A stretch of 64,000 bases of DNA from Octopus sinensis. Lineage: Eukaryota. The position numbers were made by a program, and so were the translations under genes. This document shows, piece after piece, positions 39,183-53,038 of the stretch. The stretch is from assembly GCF_006345805.1 (NCBI RefSeq), contig NC_042998.1:19096001-19160000 (forward strand), written 5' to 3'. Under the pieces are notes generated by a model. That model saw only the letters and a list, made by a program, of their open reading frames with translations, searched no databases and was not told the DNA's origin. Within the stretch, counting starts at the first letter, position 1, and each line of letters begins with the position of its first letter.

Positions 39183-40544
39183 ACCATCTAAATAAACTGG
39201 AGTTACAATTATTCTAACCAGAAATCCAGGCGAGAAGGGATGCGGTCAAGAAAGAGACGTCGCTACATTAACAATATTGTTGGCGACGAATTCAGGGGTT
39301 CATCGAGCGTTAACTCATTACAGCAGAGATAACTGAGAACTCTCCCCGGTTTTACTAAATGGGTAACACACGAGTATATGCTCTGCTTTAAAGTATAAGC
39401 GGAGAGTAAATAGAACTATCCGGAATCCTGCCCGTGCATAAATAGAAGTTTCCCTCCCTTCAATGGGTGTCTTATGCTTATTTCTACTTATTATAACTCG
39501 TACACAATTTTAACCGTTTTTAATATATCGTTTTACATGTAGATACATGTACGTCATTAAAACTTCGGTAATTCTTTTGTATCACACGTTCATACATGAG
39601 ATCTTATGCTCAATGTATAAAATCATCATTATCATAATTGAAATTAATTAATCTTTCATCAGCACAACTTTGATATCGAAGTATTTTCAAGTATTGCTAA
39701 TAATAGTGCACGTTTATTTCCACAAAGCAACTATATTTTTAATTTACTTAATTACAGCTTTATATATTAATAGCTTCGGACTATTACAAATATCAATGCA
39801 AGGAAACAAGTTTTAATTTTACATTTTGGAGATGTTATTAAATTGACACGAAGTGAATTCATAGACATTTATAAAACCCATTCGCATATGAGAACTATTA
39901 TAGCATATTGATTTCGTCTGCCATAGAAATGAGATACCTTCGGAAGAAACTAGCGGCAGGTGTAAGCAGTATGTCAATTTTATTAGAGTAGCACTTCTAA
40001 TATCGAGATTCACATTGCCTTCGTGATCTGAAGTTAGATAATATAATCATTTTTGATACACTGAGGATGATTAAGTTGATATCGATTTTATGGCACCACA
40101 CCGTCAATGAAAATAATCACTATACGGTTACAAGTAATAAATAACATTACTCGCATTCAGATGATTTTTGCATATTTAAATTCATTGTGAGCCCATTTTG
40201 CATCCTGAATTTATATAAAGGTTATTTGTGCCTATTTCTTCAGGGAAAAAAACATTAGTTAACATAGAAGCTGAGGGCAATGGGTTGGTCTCAATATGCA
40301 CAACAATCCATCCATGTACAAATAACATTTCGGTGTTTTAATATATTATATAGCTACATCCATTTATACGTATGTATGCATGTATGTATGTATGTATGTA
40401 TGTATGTATGTATGTATGTATGTATCAAATTATCTCTCTCTCTTTCTGTCAATATATATATATATATGACCAGATATTGATTGATTTTCGTTACTTTTCC
40501 TCTCTGTCTGTGTGGATTGTTTTCAAGTATTTTGATTTTTCTGG

Positions 40545-40756
40545 GAGTCCTTTATTAAAGTAGAAGAAATAGCTAACGGTTTTGGGCTGCTATTTCTAAA
40601 CTTCGGTATGTGGTAAAGCAAATCTTTGCTGAACCCTATTTATTAAGTATTACTTAAGTTTACCATGAAATGGTCCTTTTTTTCATAACGATTTCTACTT
40701 GGTGAAATTATTGGTTACTTTCTTATTAATTATTAATTAATTTTATCCTTTGTTAT

Positions 40757-40760
<4 letters not shown>
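40545..40760 (+). mobile_element. Family E repeat, 3' part without HHR
   Basis: gctgctatttctaaacttcggtatgtggtaaagcaaat..gaacccta similar to 48660-48830. Confidence 0.6.
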
Positions 40761-40797
<37 letters not shown>

Positions 40798-40991
40798 AGA
40801 CACACCCACAACACATACATGTATATATATACCTATATGTGTGTGTGTTTGTGCATGGGTGTGTGTATGCATGTATGTATGTATATATGTATGTTATGAA
40901 GGTTATTAATTAAACCCCCAGCTGTTTTCCTATTGAACATATAAAACACTTCTAACACTGAATAGATAATACCAAAAGAAATCCAGTTTTG

Positions 40992-41031
<40 letters not shown>

Positions 41032-41182
41032 AGTAGTTGAATGAATTATCTTATTAAGGATATTCGATTAACCGATACCTGGGTAGCAAATTCACATCAG
41101 AAAAACACGGTTGAAGTTACGTGCCTAGGGCATAGATTACGTGCTTTCGTGTGGAAATTGTATGTTTATTTCATACATTTAC

Positions 41183-41221
<39 letters not shown>

Positions 41222-42427
41222 TATATATATATATATGGGGATGGGTGGATATGCATGAGGAATGAACAAAATTAGCACGCAGGATATAGAGTGGGGTTTG
41301 CACCTATAGAGTAAAATAGTGACTGAACGTCTCCTGTTATTTAATGCTTTGTGAATGTGAAGACCAGAACAATAACCAGCTTTCCAAATATTTAGAATAA
41401 AAATGGAGAAAGATGAAGATGGCTTGTTTCTTGCGACGAAAGCTTGTAACGTAATATATGCCTGATTTCCCGAGACCAACTTACATAAGCGTTTTATCGC
41501 CCATAATGTTATTAGTTATTCATGCTTAGACGACAACATTTCTCACATTGCACACTGCAACAGAATCAAACCGCCATCTGTATTTTCCGAAATCCTACCA
41601 TCTTCTTGCTGAGAATATCATGTCAGTTGAAAGTCATGGTATATGGCTCCGACAACACGTAACACAATTGTATTACAAGAACCTACACAGCATTTGCACT
41701 CTTTCAGAGAATGAAAGAGATTGAGAGAGAGAGACAGACAGACAGACAGATAGATACAACTAACTATACATCTACCTAACTATCTTTCTTCCTGCATGTG
41801 TGTGCGTCTGTGTGTGCGTATGAGAGAGAGAGAGAGAGTAGGAGAGATATAGAGAGACTACCATCTGACACAAAATATACGAATATAGCACCATATGTTG
41901 AACTATTCACCGATCAGTATTTTCAGTAACACAAATGAGACCTAGTGTAAATGATTGCGGTACTTAAAAACCTATTAACACCTCCGATAATATTTCTCCA
42001 TTCATATCAAAACTGCTTTGTTTTGTTTTATTTTTGTGCTTTTTGCTACTTTATTTTTGATTTGCTGCTTTGGTGAGATATTAGCTAAAAGTGATATAAA
42101 ACAAACAAAACCGTATTTATGCAATACTATGCTGCCCGTGACCTGTTGGGTCACTGACAGTTCTGCTAATAAAACACTGAAGCTGATTTCAACATTGCAG
42201 TGAAATGAAAGTTAAATTTATGATGATTCTGTTAAATGTTTCAAATCGTTCGTGTCATCGTAGGTCTGGTTTACAAGTTCATGCTTTATTAATTATTTAC
42301 AGCATCTAATAACAAAGAAAGAATTGCCCAGATAAACTTGAAACTCCAGTAACAACATTAATTTAAGGCATATGTGCACACTTCTACAAAAATGCAAAAT
42401 GAATTGTTATATAACGTAAACATAAAT

Positions 42428-42830
42428 AGGTGTACGAGTGGCTGTGTGGTAAGCAGCTTGTTTACCAACCACATGGTTCCGGGTTCAGTCCCAATGCGTG
42501 CCACCTTGGACAATTGTCTTCTACTAAAGCCTCGGGCCGACCAAAGCCTTGTGAGTGGATTTGGTAGACGGAAACTGAAAGAAGCCCCTCGTATATATGT
42601 ATATATATATGCGGATGTGTGTTTGTGTGTCTGTGTTTGTCCCCCTAGCATTGCTTGACAACCGATGCTGGTGTGTTTATGTCCCCGTTACTTTGCGGTT
42701 CGGCAAAAGAGACCGATAGAATAAGTACTGGGCTTACAAAAAGAATAAGTCCCGGGGTCGATTTGCTCGATTAAAGGCGGTGCTCCAGCATGGCCGCAGT
42801 CAAATGACTGAAACAAGTAAAAGAGTAAAA
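42428..42830 (+). mobile_element. SINE family B, full length
   Basis: Family B motifs. Confidence 0.9.
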
Positions 42831-43117
42831 GTGTATAAAATTAATATAATGTTACTTTCGGAGTATTTTCCCTTTATTCGCCGTTTTGGCTATTTATGAA
42901 GGCACCCCCATCCACAAAAAACGCATATCTCGGGAATCCGTGGTCCGAATCACGCGAAACTAGTTTTATTCCGTTTCTATTCGCATTTCAGGGGAGACTT
43001 ACTTGAGAGTAATTTCCCAATATGCACCAGCTTGGATATATTAAATTACAGACAAACACGCCGCAAGTAAGCAAGCTAGCACTCATGCGAGCAAGCAAGC
43101 AATCACAGATTTTAGCA

Positions 43118-43168
<51 letters not shown>

Positions 43169-43174
43169 TACTCC

Positions 43175-43420
43175 TAAGTCTCTCTGAAGGAGACTACGGC
43201 AGCGGTCGGCTACTCTACATTGATAAGGGGCAAATATCCTGAAACTAGTCCGTAGATGCCAGACCAGCAAGGGGAAGGGGCCTACCTCCCCTTTCGAAGA
43301 TTATAATGGACACAGGTTCGTCTGTCACATAGCTAGCTAGAGGCGATGGCCTCTTGGAGCTAAACATAGCAACCATGCGTCTTTGAAATCGCATAAGATT
43401 TCTAACACCTGAAAACATGA
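43175..43420 (+). mobile_element. HHR-bearing repeat family F, copy 1 (starts with inverted copy of family 3' end)
   Basis: 43175-43204 is the reverse complement of 52863-52892 (2 mismatches); body similar to 44500 and 52642. Confidence 0.75.
43215..43255 (+). ncRNA. Hammerhead motif with U3-A8 core variant
   Basis: ctaca-TTGATAA-gggg/tcct-GAAAC-ta-GTC-cgtag; stem III ACTAGT. Confidence 0.65.
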
Positions 43421-44499
43421 ATACCCCCTCGATAATGTATTTTTTCATTCATCAAAGCAAAAATACGACGTAGGGAAATACAATGCTTGGAACGATTTTG
43501 AGCATACTTCACTTTAAAATTCCATAATCGGGACTATTCTAGCCTAGTTTTAATATGTCAACGACTTACTTGTCCGTCTGAGTTCAAATTCCGCCAAGGT
43601 AGAATTTACTGCTTGAGTTATTTCTCCCTTGAAATTGCTGGCATCGTACCAAAATTTGGAAACAAATTAATCACTATTAACATGAATGGATAACAGTCAA
43701 ATATGACTCTGGCGGAATTTGAGCTCGCTACGTTACAAAATGTAAAGTTGCATAATTCACTTCTTTCCCACTGTACACGCCGAGCTCCCAGCGTCAAATG
43801 TTAAATATAATGAACAGACAAATCAATTAATATTCAGATCAAACATACAATGCTTGCTGCATGTATCCGTGAATATTTCAAAGGCAATTAATTCACCCAA
43901 ATGTTACTAATCCTCGTATGATACACTGCAAACAAGATGTTCTCTCCCGCTAAAGCTAATATTCTGTTTTTGTATACAGATGAAGTCCAGTTTTAATTTT
44001 TGCATAATCATTAATAATTTATAAAACGTTGAACAGAGCTTCTTTGCAGAAGCTCACGACGTTGTTCTCTTCAGTGAATTCATTAAATGGTGCGACTCGA
44101 AACCACGCATAAATTATAATACGAGAAATTTAGTTAATATGCACGCAACGCATACTTTCATTTACTCTTGCATTAAGTCCTAACATTTTACGTTTCTGTT
44201 TAATTATTTTCCCTCCATTTGCACGTCCTCTCTCCACCCTTTATCTCTTCTATCTTCTTCTATGACTGTATTCTGCTTATCTCTATTTACCGAACTGTGT
44301 ATGGATCTGTGAATATATATATATATATATAGTATTCTCTCTCTCTCTATCTGTATATATATATATATATTATATATATATATATACAGATAGAGAGAGA
44401 GAGAATACTATACTTAGAATAATTTAATATTTCTATTATTGAAAACAAGTGGATGTATTCCACCGAAACTAGGTAAATAAAACCATCGAACAGAGATTG

Positions 44500-44790
44500 T
44501 CAGAAGCGACACCTACTGGCTGGCTACGCTGCATTGAAAAGGGGCAATACCCCGAAACGCGTCTGTAGCTGCCGGTCAAGTAGTGTGGAGCGACTGACCT
44601 CCCTTGTTCGAAGGTTATATGGATACAGTTTGTGTATCAAATAGCTAACTTAAGGCGATGGCCTCATGGAGCTAATAAGCGGACAGCTTTATTCTTACTT
44701 TTATAAGAATGCCATATTAGTATGGCGATAACTATTATTTTCCGGAACGCTGCCGCTGTTCTCTTTTAGAGAGACTTAGTATTATTTTAA
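44500..44790 (+). mobile_element. HHR-bearing repeat family F, copy 2
   Basis: Shares HHR, ggc-gatg-gcc hairpin, gccata-ttag-tatggc hairpin and tail ...agagagacttagta. Confidence 0.75.
44529..44568 (+). ncRNA. Hammerhead motif with U3-A8 core variant (best preserved)
   Basis: ctgca-TTGAAAA-gggg-caata-cccc-GAAAC-gc-GTC-tgtag. Confidence 0.75.
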
Positions 44791-44951
44791 TATTCTCTAT
44801 ATATATATATATAATATTATATATATATAAATATATATATTGATAAGATGGTAAAACAACAAAAGAAAGAAAGAGACCACGATATTATGGAAATAGAGGA
44901 ATTTATCTGTAAATGTAATATGAGACAATTATGTTGGAAAGTTATTTACAA

Positions 44952-44997
<46 letters not shown>

Positions 44998-44999
<2 letters not shown>

Positions 45000-45297
45000 A
45001 GGCGCATTGGCCCAGTGTTTAGGGCAGCGGGCTCGCGGTTGGAGAATCGCGGTTTCGATTTCCAGATCGGGCGCTGTGTGTGTTTATTGAGTTAAAACAC
45101 CCAAAAGCTCCACGAGGATCCGGCAGGGGGTGCTGGCGACCAGTTGTACTCTTTCGCCACAACTTTCTCTCACTCTCTCTTCATGCATCTTGAGTAATGC
45201 TGCGATGGACTGGCGTCCCGTCCATTTGGGGAGGGACACATACGCCACAGAAACCGGGAAGCCGGGCGAATGAGCCTGGCTAGGCTTGAAAAGGTCG
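44998..45297 (+). mobile_element. SINE family C
   Basis: ggaggcgcattggcccagtgtttagggcagc head. Confidence 0.85.
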
Positions 45298-45404
45298 TTT
45301 ATCGTGCAAATGGAGGAAAATAATTAAACAGAAACGTAAAATGTTAGGACTTAATGCAAGTGTAAGTGAAAGTATGCGTTGGGTGCATATTAACTATTTT
45401 CTCG

Positions 45405-45442
<38 letters not shown>

Positions 45443-45459
45443 TTATATATATATATATA

Positions 45460-45657
45460 CAGTAATACTTCGACTATCGCGGATGTAACGTTCCAAAACC
45501 CCACGCGATATATGAAAATATGCGTAGTAGAAATAGTACTGTATGTTCGTTTTATATATTTATTTCATTATAAATGCATAACAACATCACGGAAGAATCG
45601 ACGTACACTCAAATAATAAACCGCGATAAGTGAACCTCGATGTGGCGATGGATGTAC
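45460..45657. mobile_element. Possible pogo/Tigger-like MITE
   Basis: TA-cagtaatacttcgactatcgcgg at left and ccgcgataagtgaacctcgat at right, a degenerate TIR pair. Confidence 0.4.
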
Positions 45658-46329
45658 ATATGTGAATGTGTGTGTTGTGTGTATGTGAGTGTGTGTGCGT
45701 GTGTGTGTGAGTGTGTACAGAAGAAAGGGTTAAAAGAAATGAATGTAGTGAACATAACAGTACCAAGAAATATCGAGCACCAGAGATATGAGGACGTGGA
45801 GAGCCAGAAGGCGTAACGTGTCAAGGATCGGTTATCACGCATGAAATAAAACAAAACATGCAAAATCAAATAGAGAAATAAAAAAATGACCGTGAGATAC
45901 AATATGAAGAAGAAATTTTTTATTCAAAATTTCTTAGTCTGTTCAGATGTGAATCGTAGCAGAATATCAGAGGTTTGAAGGATAAATATTTCTGAACTAC
46001 CATACAATAATACTGTATTAGAAACAGTGCTCAAAATGATTAGCGCAGGTTCATTTTACAACCAGGGACAGTGCGAGGAATGGAAATAGCTTTGTATTTC
46101 AAACAACAGGGAAGTTCGCATACGCACGCACACTTACACACATAAAGAGAGAGAGAGAGAGAGAGTCAAAAAGAGAGATAGCGTGTGCCCCAACAAGTAT
46201 GTACGTATTTCAACAGCTGGCAAGTGACTTAATTTCTATTTCCTATTAGAATTACCCCATTAAAAATAACGAAGGGAACAACAACGAGATTTGAACGAAG
46301 GAAATATCTCCTACAATGCTACGGGAAGA

Positions 46330-47150
46330 TAAGATAAAAAATACATTCCAAGGGCAAAGAGTGTCCAGGAGAAATATTCAGACAGAACCACATTCCCAAC
46401 GTCCCATCACTAGAATTAGTGATGAGATTCAGGCGGTTGGGAGTGTTAATATGTCCACAAAATCATGTTTCTGAAGACCTGCACCATTGTGAAGACTCAC
46501 AAAGTAATAAAGGCTGGACATTACAAACGTAATTACAAAAGTTCAGGAAAACATTTGCAGCAAGCGAGTCGTGAGAAAGGAAATGCACAGAGAAGCGTCA
46601 ATTGCATTTCGATGCGCTGTCATTTGAAAATGTCGATTCAAAGCATACTCTATATTCTCAAAGCTCATCTATACAGAAGAATTAAGATTCACGAATGGCA
46701 TGTTGCGAGATGCTTAGCGGATACACAGTTTCCAACGAACATTTTTGGAAGTGATGCAGTTACATTTAAATTTAAGGGTTCAATTAACCGCCTAAACTGC
46801 ACCGAGCGGAACATGAGAATCTACACATTGCATAGGATCCTGTAAAGTTATCATGAATTTTAGTGTAATGCAGTAAAGCATGGGCATAATTAATTTGGGC
46901 AGTTACATCTTATGATAATATGACTCATACTTCAACTTGCTTCGACAATCCGCTGTGCCAGTCACGCATTCCAGAGGACTTTGATATTATGGAATTATAC
47001 CTCCAACTGCTTCAACACCCCCACACTTTACTATGGTAATGTTAGGCCCTAGTTTGAGATTTTGCCTAACAAATGCATTCACAGATGTATTTCAGTAGAA
47101 TACAGTCCACATGTACCGGAACTTTCATCAGTAAGCATTTACATAACAGG
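46330..47150 (+). mobile_element. Decayed Tc1/mariner-superfamily transposase
   Basis: FGSDAVTFKFKGSINRLNC (FSDEA.F.L.G.VN..NC-like); PPHF..VR...LPNKCI...VEYSPHVPEL (WPPRSPDL-like). Confidence 0.6.
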
Positions 47151-47552
47151 AATACACAAAACAAACTTTACAGCAAAAAAATAGGAACAGCCATTCAAAA
47201 CAAAAGCGCATAAAGAATGAAATACTTCTTAATTTTGTGATTCCGTTACTTCTCGCTAACAGCAGTTGCTGCAACAGCAGTGGTGTTAGGTCGAAAGTAG
47301 GTTTTCGATAACTAAATATGTTTAATATGTAAATTTATCTATCCAGTTGTGTGTAAGAAATATATTCGTGGATAGTTAATGGGTCGGATGTGATGGTGAA
47401 GAAGGAGTTACAACTGCTGGAATATCTATATACACCCATTTTCTCTTCGATTGCATTGTTTATATAGACGTATCTGTATACTAAACATCTCTTATACAGA
47501 CACGCACACATACACTCACACACACACATACACACACACACACAAACATACA

Positions 47553-47635
<83 letters not shown>

Positions 47636-48230
47636 AGAAATATGAATGGAGGTTAGACAGAAACAGAGGTAAGACAAATATTCACCGCCCGCAAATATCT
47701 CTCGCTGGAAACATCAGTGAAACTCTACATAGCGCCGATGTCTTACTGTGCTACAAAAGAAACGTCGTTCTTATAAGATTATTTGCTTCATGCAAGGTAT
47801 TGTGATTCTATGGATGTTATAACAATTGTAGGTAGATGTCACTGACTCGCAACGCTATTTCTTTATAAAACAAGGATTGCATGCAGGTTTAGAATTCGCT
47901 CAATTTTCGTGAACATGATAATGCTCGCGAACTCATCTTTACGAAATTCATGATGCACGTTCAAATCTTTGATTCCTTGGGTATAAAAGACACCCAAATT
48001 TATCAGCCTGCCATACATTTCTCGAACGCAGCGAGCATGCCAAGCCGGACCAAACTCAGACAGAGCAAGCCATTGGATGTCTCCAAGCTAGTCAACACCC
48101 ATGAATCATTGCTAATGACTTGAACTGCAGTATTCAAAAAATTGAGCGGCTGAGAAAACGATATAGTACCACAGACGGCATGAATGATCGTCCATGCAAT
48201 GAGTGACCGAGCGTTAGAATGATTTGATTA

Positions 48231-48315
48231 ACTGTATACGCGTTTCAGTGTTAGAGAGATGTGAAAAATATAAAAATCATATTTCTTAATCATCCATTCT
48301 CCTCATCAATACAGT
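48231..48315 (-). ncRNA. Hammerhead motif (TTGATGA core, long stem II loop)
   Basis: actgta-TTGATGA-ggag...-GAAAC-gc-GTA-tacagt on minus strand. Confidence 0.6.
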
Positions 48316-48474
48316 ATTTGAATATTTTAATTCGAGAGCACTGATAATTAGCATGCATATTTGAACAAGCGTCAGCAAACAGCATATATTCAAAGACCAG
48401 CACTTCCGAATTCAAACTGACAAATGAGATCTCGGATTCCTCCTCACTCACCCTCGAATTTAAAATCTTGAAAA

Positions 48475-48557
48475 ACTGTACTAATGAAGAGAATGAGTGA
48501 GCAGAAATACGATTTTACATTTTTCACATCTCTCTAACTCCGAAACGTGTATACAGT
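48475..48557 (+). ncRNA. Hammerhead motif (CTAATGA degenerate core)
   Basis: actgta-CTAATGA-agag...ctcc-GAAAC-gt-GTA-tacagt. Confidence 0.55.
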
Positions 48558-50494
48558 TAATGAGAGCCGGGTGGATTCGTTATTTCTTTTTCTCTTTACC
48601 TGCGTGAGATGTTGAGTATTGTTGTCTGGGAGATATCTTATGGTAGCGAAATAGTAGTTTAACTGCTATTTCTAAATTTCAGTATGTGGTGAAGCAAATT
48701 TTGCCGAACCCTTAATTATAATTATACTAACAATTATAGAATTGTTGTATAAGTTTACCGATAATGGTTCTTTTAACAAACCGAACTACTTGGTAAAATT
48801 ATTAATTATTAATTAATTAATTAATTAATTAATTAATTTTACCTTTTATTATTATTGATAATTTATCCTCATGTATATACCTTTGATATTGTAGAAAATT
48901 ATCTCTTATGAAAAATATATTTACTCCAATTCTTCATGAAACTATAAAACTACAGTAACGTAATAGCGGTCAATTTAATATTTTTGTAAATACATCATTC
49001 TTAATTCAGGTTCTTTTTATGTAAACTATTTTTAATTCCGATATTACACATTGAATACAATTTTAATTTATTTCTGCATTCCTCCTCCAACAATGGATTT
49101 TCAGTTTAACCCCACATTATTGTTTATTGAATTAAATATATTTTATGAGGGAAGCATTAGGCAATGCTTTAGCGGCAAAATTTATCATCAATAGATTTTT
49201 ACAGGAAGGAAGAGGGAAAAGAAAATTATAATTGAGAAAGAAGAACTATCAAGAATAAGGTGAATTAAGCGACAGAAGATGGGGATAGAAAGAGTAATGA
49301 ATCGTACACTCCAGACCAAATGGTGTGTTCAGCCGCGTATCATGGATAATGATTGCAAAGATGTTGTCACATGGGATGGCCAGCGTCACTAGCTGCAACA
49401 GCCAATCCGCTTCGTGGGACACAACTCGCAGACGGGCCGCAGTTATCCTGATTCAGAGAAAACTAACAAATTGCCGCATTTTTAAAAAAAAATTATTAAG
49501 TGCCACATTTACAACCATCAATTGTAATCCGACGTTTGCTTCTCTTATGTGAATGCTGTCCATCGTTAAAGCTTGACAAATCACATTCTATGTGTTTGAT
49601 CACTTCTACATAAAATATATTTAATACAGTTAGGAGTTACTCGATATTCTTTAAGACATTTCATCACTATTTCTTAAAATCAGGATCTACATTAGATTAC
49701 ACAATACAATATCCTCAACCAGATATATTTCTGTGATATTCCAATTTCTGTCACCGGAAAAACAAATCACTCAAAACAAGGACATTCAATTTCACTGTCC
49801 AGCCCGAACATTTATTGTCCTGAATAAGCATTGCTTTACTATAAGGCGGGCTTAAATACGATACAGCTTTAGATGCTTACCATATGTATGCCTAAGCTTA
49901 TTTTTAACCATAACATTATCTTATGCAAACAACAATCAAAATTAGTATAAGATGGGAACAGATAAAGCCAAATTTTCCTCATTGTTGTATAACTGATTAG
50001 TTAAAACTATGATGAGATCTGATCGATTGTCTCTCATAGCGAATCTCGAAAACTATCGCGATGTTGGAGAGATCTGGAAACATAACCTCATACACTCGTT
50101 TAATTCAATAAAATCTGAATCAAACGATACAAATATTCATCTTAAGCAAAAGAAATTTGCATCGTGTAACTGAATCATATCTCATAATCTTTCCATTTGG
50201 AATGCAAGTGAATACAATTACACAAGCCGAATTACTTCTCTAAAGTTTTATTAGTTTTATACCTCGAGACAAGCAGATAGTCCAGGACAATAACACTGAT
50301 ATTTATCTTTAAAACTATTGCAATAGATTATCAAATATTTGCAGTGATTTACTTAGAGGAATAAAATGAGAAGATTGCAAAAAATTCTGTATATATATAT
50401 ATATACTAACTGATATGCAGTCACATACATATGCAGATATATACGAAAAGTACATACATATATCTTATACATATTACATATATGAATATATATG

Positions 50495-50557
<63 letters not shown>

Positions 50558-51551
50558 TGTGCATGTGTGTGTGTGATTATGTGTGTATGTGTGTGTAATA
50601 TATGTGTGTTTGCTTATATGTATATTATCTATGTACGCCTTGACAGAGAGATACATAGATATATGCGTATGTGTCTATGGGTGTGCGCATGTGTGAATTT
50701 GACTAGACTATCCGCGTGACTACATATGTATAAATATTCAAGTGTATATCATATAATATCCTAAGCACTTTTATTGTATTGTAGATTTGTAAGATGCATT
50801 GAAACATCCGGATAAGCAAGAACTTCTAAGATTGTCTCACACAATAACCCCCAAATTGTATTGATTTTTCTTTTGTATTCAAAGTCCAGTATAGCTTCTT
50901 CCAATCATATAATGCCGAAAGAAATCAATCCATTCGGTAAAAATTATATCATTATAAGAATGAAAGAAAAGGCTTTCCATAAAATATGATTTATGTTTGG
51001 ACATCGGCTCCAAAAAGAATTTCCATTATCCTTCCATAAATGAAAGGTAAATATTAAGGAAGATATTATTGCATAATAAACAAACATATAAACAGTTGAT
51101 GATAAAATGCCATGGAATAGAAACACATTATAATGTCCCGCTGAATGGAGTCTGCGATGGGAGGGGGGCTCAGTTTCAATAATTCAATAGAATATGTACT
51201 CTCAGTCTAGCTGTAACACAAGTAAAAGAAATATGTGCGTGTATGTGCGCATGCGTGCGTGTGTATGTGTGCTTGCCTGTGTGTGTGTATTATTATTATT
51301 GAACAAGTATATTAGACAGTGGCTTTGAAGTTTTGGCCACCTTAGCCACAGTCGGAGTTATCTGGTTGAAACTTCGAAGTCCCTCTCAGTGATATTCTTG
51401 TTAAAAAGCAATAAACATGTGTTCTACAAAAGTAAAGAATGTAAATAATGTAAAATCGCTTTCATTATAACCAAAGATAAAACAAATATTAATATATATA
51501 TGTGTGTGTGGGATGTCTCTCTGTGAGAATTTGTGTATGTTTGTGTATATA

Positions 51552-51584
<33 letters not shown>

Positions 51585-52111
51585 AGAAATAAGAAAATGG
51601 AAAAACACATCTCCATTTTCTTATTTTGTATTATTAATTTGTGGTAAAACATTTTACCTTTGCCCATATAATACAGTAAATGAATTAATTGCATCGCAAT
51701 TCTTAACATTTATGTATTAACTTTGTTGGGTGCTTTACTAGCAGTATATTGGATATATGTTATCCCATGGAGGGTTGCACTTACAACCCCTATCTCAATT
51801 TGTATATATATATATATATATATATGTGTGTCCACACACACATAGATATGTGTGTGTGTGTCTGTGTCTGTGCTTGACTCTCACTGCACGAGAACAGGTG
51901 TTGGTTTGCTTATATATGCGTTACGTGGCAGTTCATCAAAATTGAACAATTCCTGTGGTGGATTTTTTGTTTTTTATCAAAACTCTTCTAAACTCTTACC
52001 ACAACATGGCTGCTATTACGGAAATATATAGGCATTATGGTGTGTGTAAGAAGTTCGAATTTTAGCTACGTATTTCCGGGTTCAGTCGACAGACATACAG
52101 ACAGTCAGATT

Positions 52112-52349
<238 letters not shown>

Positions 52350-52595
52350 CAGACCGACAGACAGACAGGCAGCGATACAAATTGATAGATAAATTGATAA
52401 ATATATTTACATATATATATATATATATTATATATAGAGAGAGAGAAAGTGAGAGAGAGAGAGAGAGATAAATAGATAGATAGATAGACATACAGAGAGG
52501 CATATATACAGATAGATAGATAGATAGATAGTTAGATAGATAGATAGACAGACAGACATACAGGCAGGTTGACAAATTGATTGATAATTTGATAT

Positions 52596-52641
<46 letters not shown>

Positions 52642-52680
52642 TACATTGATAAAGGGCAACTACCCTGAAACGCGTCTGCA
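52642..52680 (+). ncRNA. Hammerhead motif with U3-A8 core variant
   Basis: taca-TTGATAA-aggg-caacta-ccct-GAAAC-gc-GTC-tgca. Confidence 0.7.
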
Positions 52681-52905
52681 ACTGTCTGACTAGCAGGATA
52701 AAGCGGCTGACCTCCCCCGTTCGAAAGTCTATAATGGACGCAGATTCTGTGTCAAATAGCTAGCTTGAGGCGGTGGCCTCTAGGAGCTAATCATCGACAG
52801 CTTTAGTCTTATATTTATAAGATTGCCATATTAGTATGGCGATAACTATTAATTTCCAGTAACGCTGCCGTAATCTCCTTTAGAGAGACTTAGTAATCTT
52901 AATAT
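52642..52905 (+). mobile_element. HHR-bearing repeat family F, copy 3, flanked by (TA)n
   Basis: Colinear with 44529-44790. Confidence 0.75.
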
Positions 52906-52912
52906 TTCTATT

Positions 52913-52969
<57 letters not shown>

Positions 52970-52988
52970 TATTCTTCTCAGTCATGTG

Positions 52989-53020
<32 letters not shown>

Positions 53021-53038
53021 TATATATGTGATATGTTA

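Larger units (their letters stand above)
44115..45412. repeat. Inverted duplication of ~110 bp (44115-44224 and 45304-45412)
   Basis: ttgcattaagtcctaacattttacgtttctgtttaattattttcc on opposite strands, few mismatches. Confidence 0.85.
48228..48840 (+). mobile_element. Family E repeat with inverted HHR-containing 5' arm
   Basis: Arms 48228-48335 and 48454-48560 are inverted copies; body continues to tail ttggtaaaattattaatt. Confidence 0.7.

Noticed and set aside
47900-48210. HDNAR and PLDV peptides suggesting a transposase
   Set aside because: Short motifs without consistent frame or spacing.
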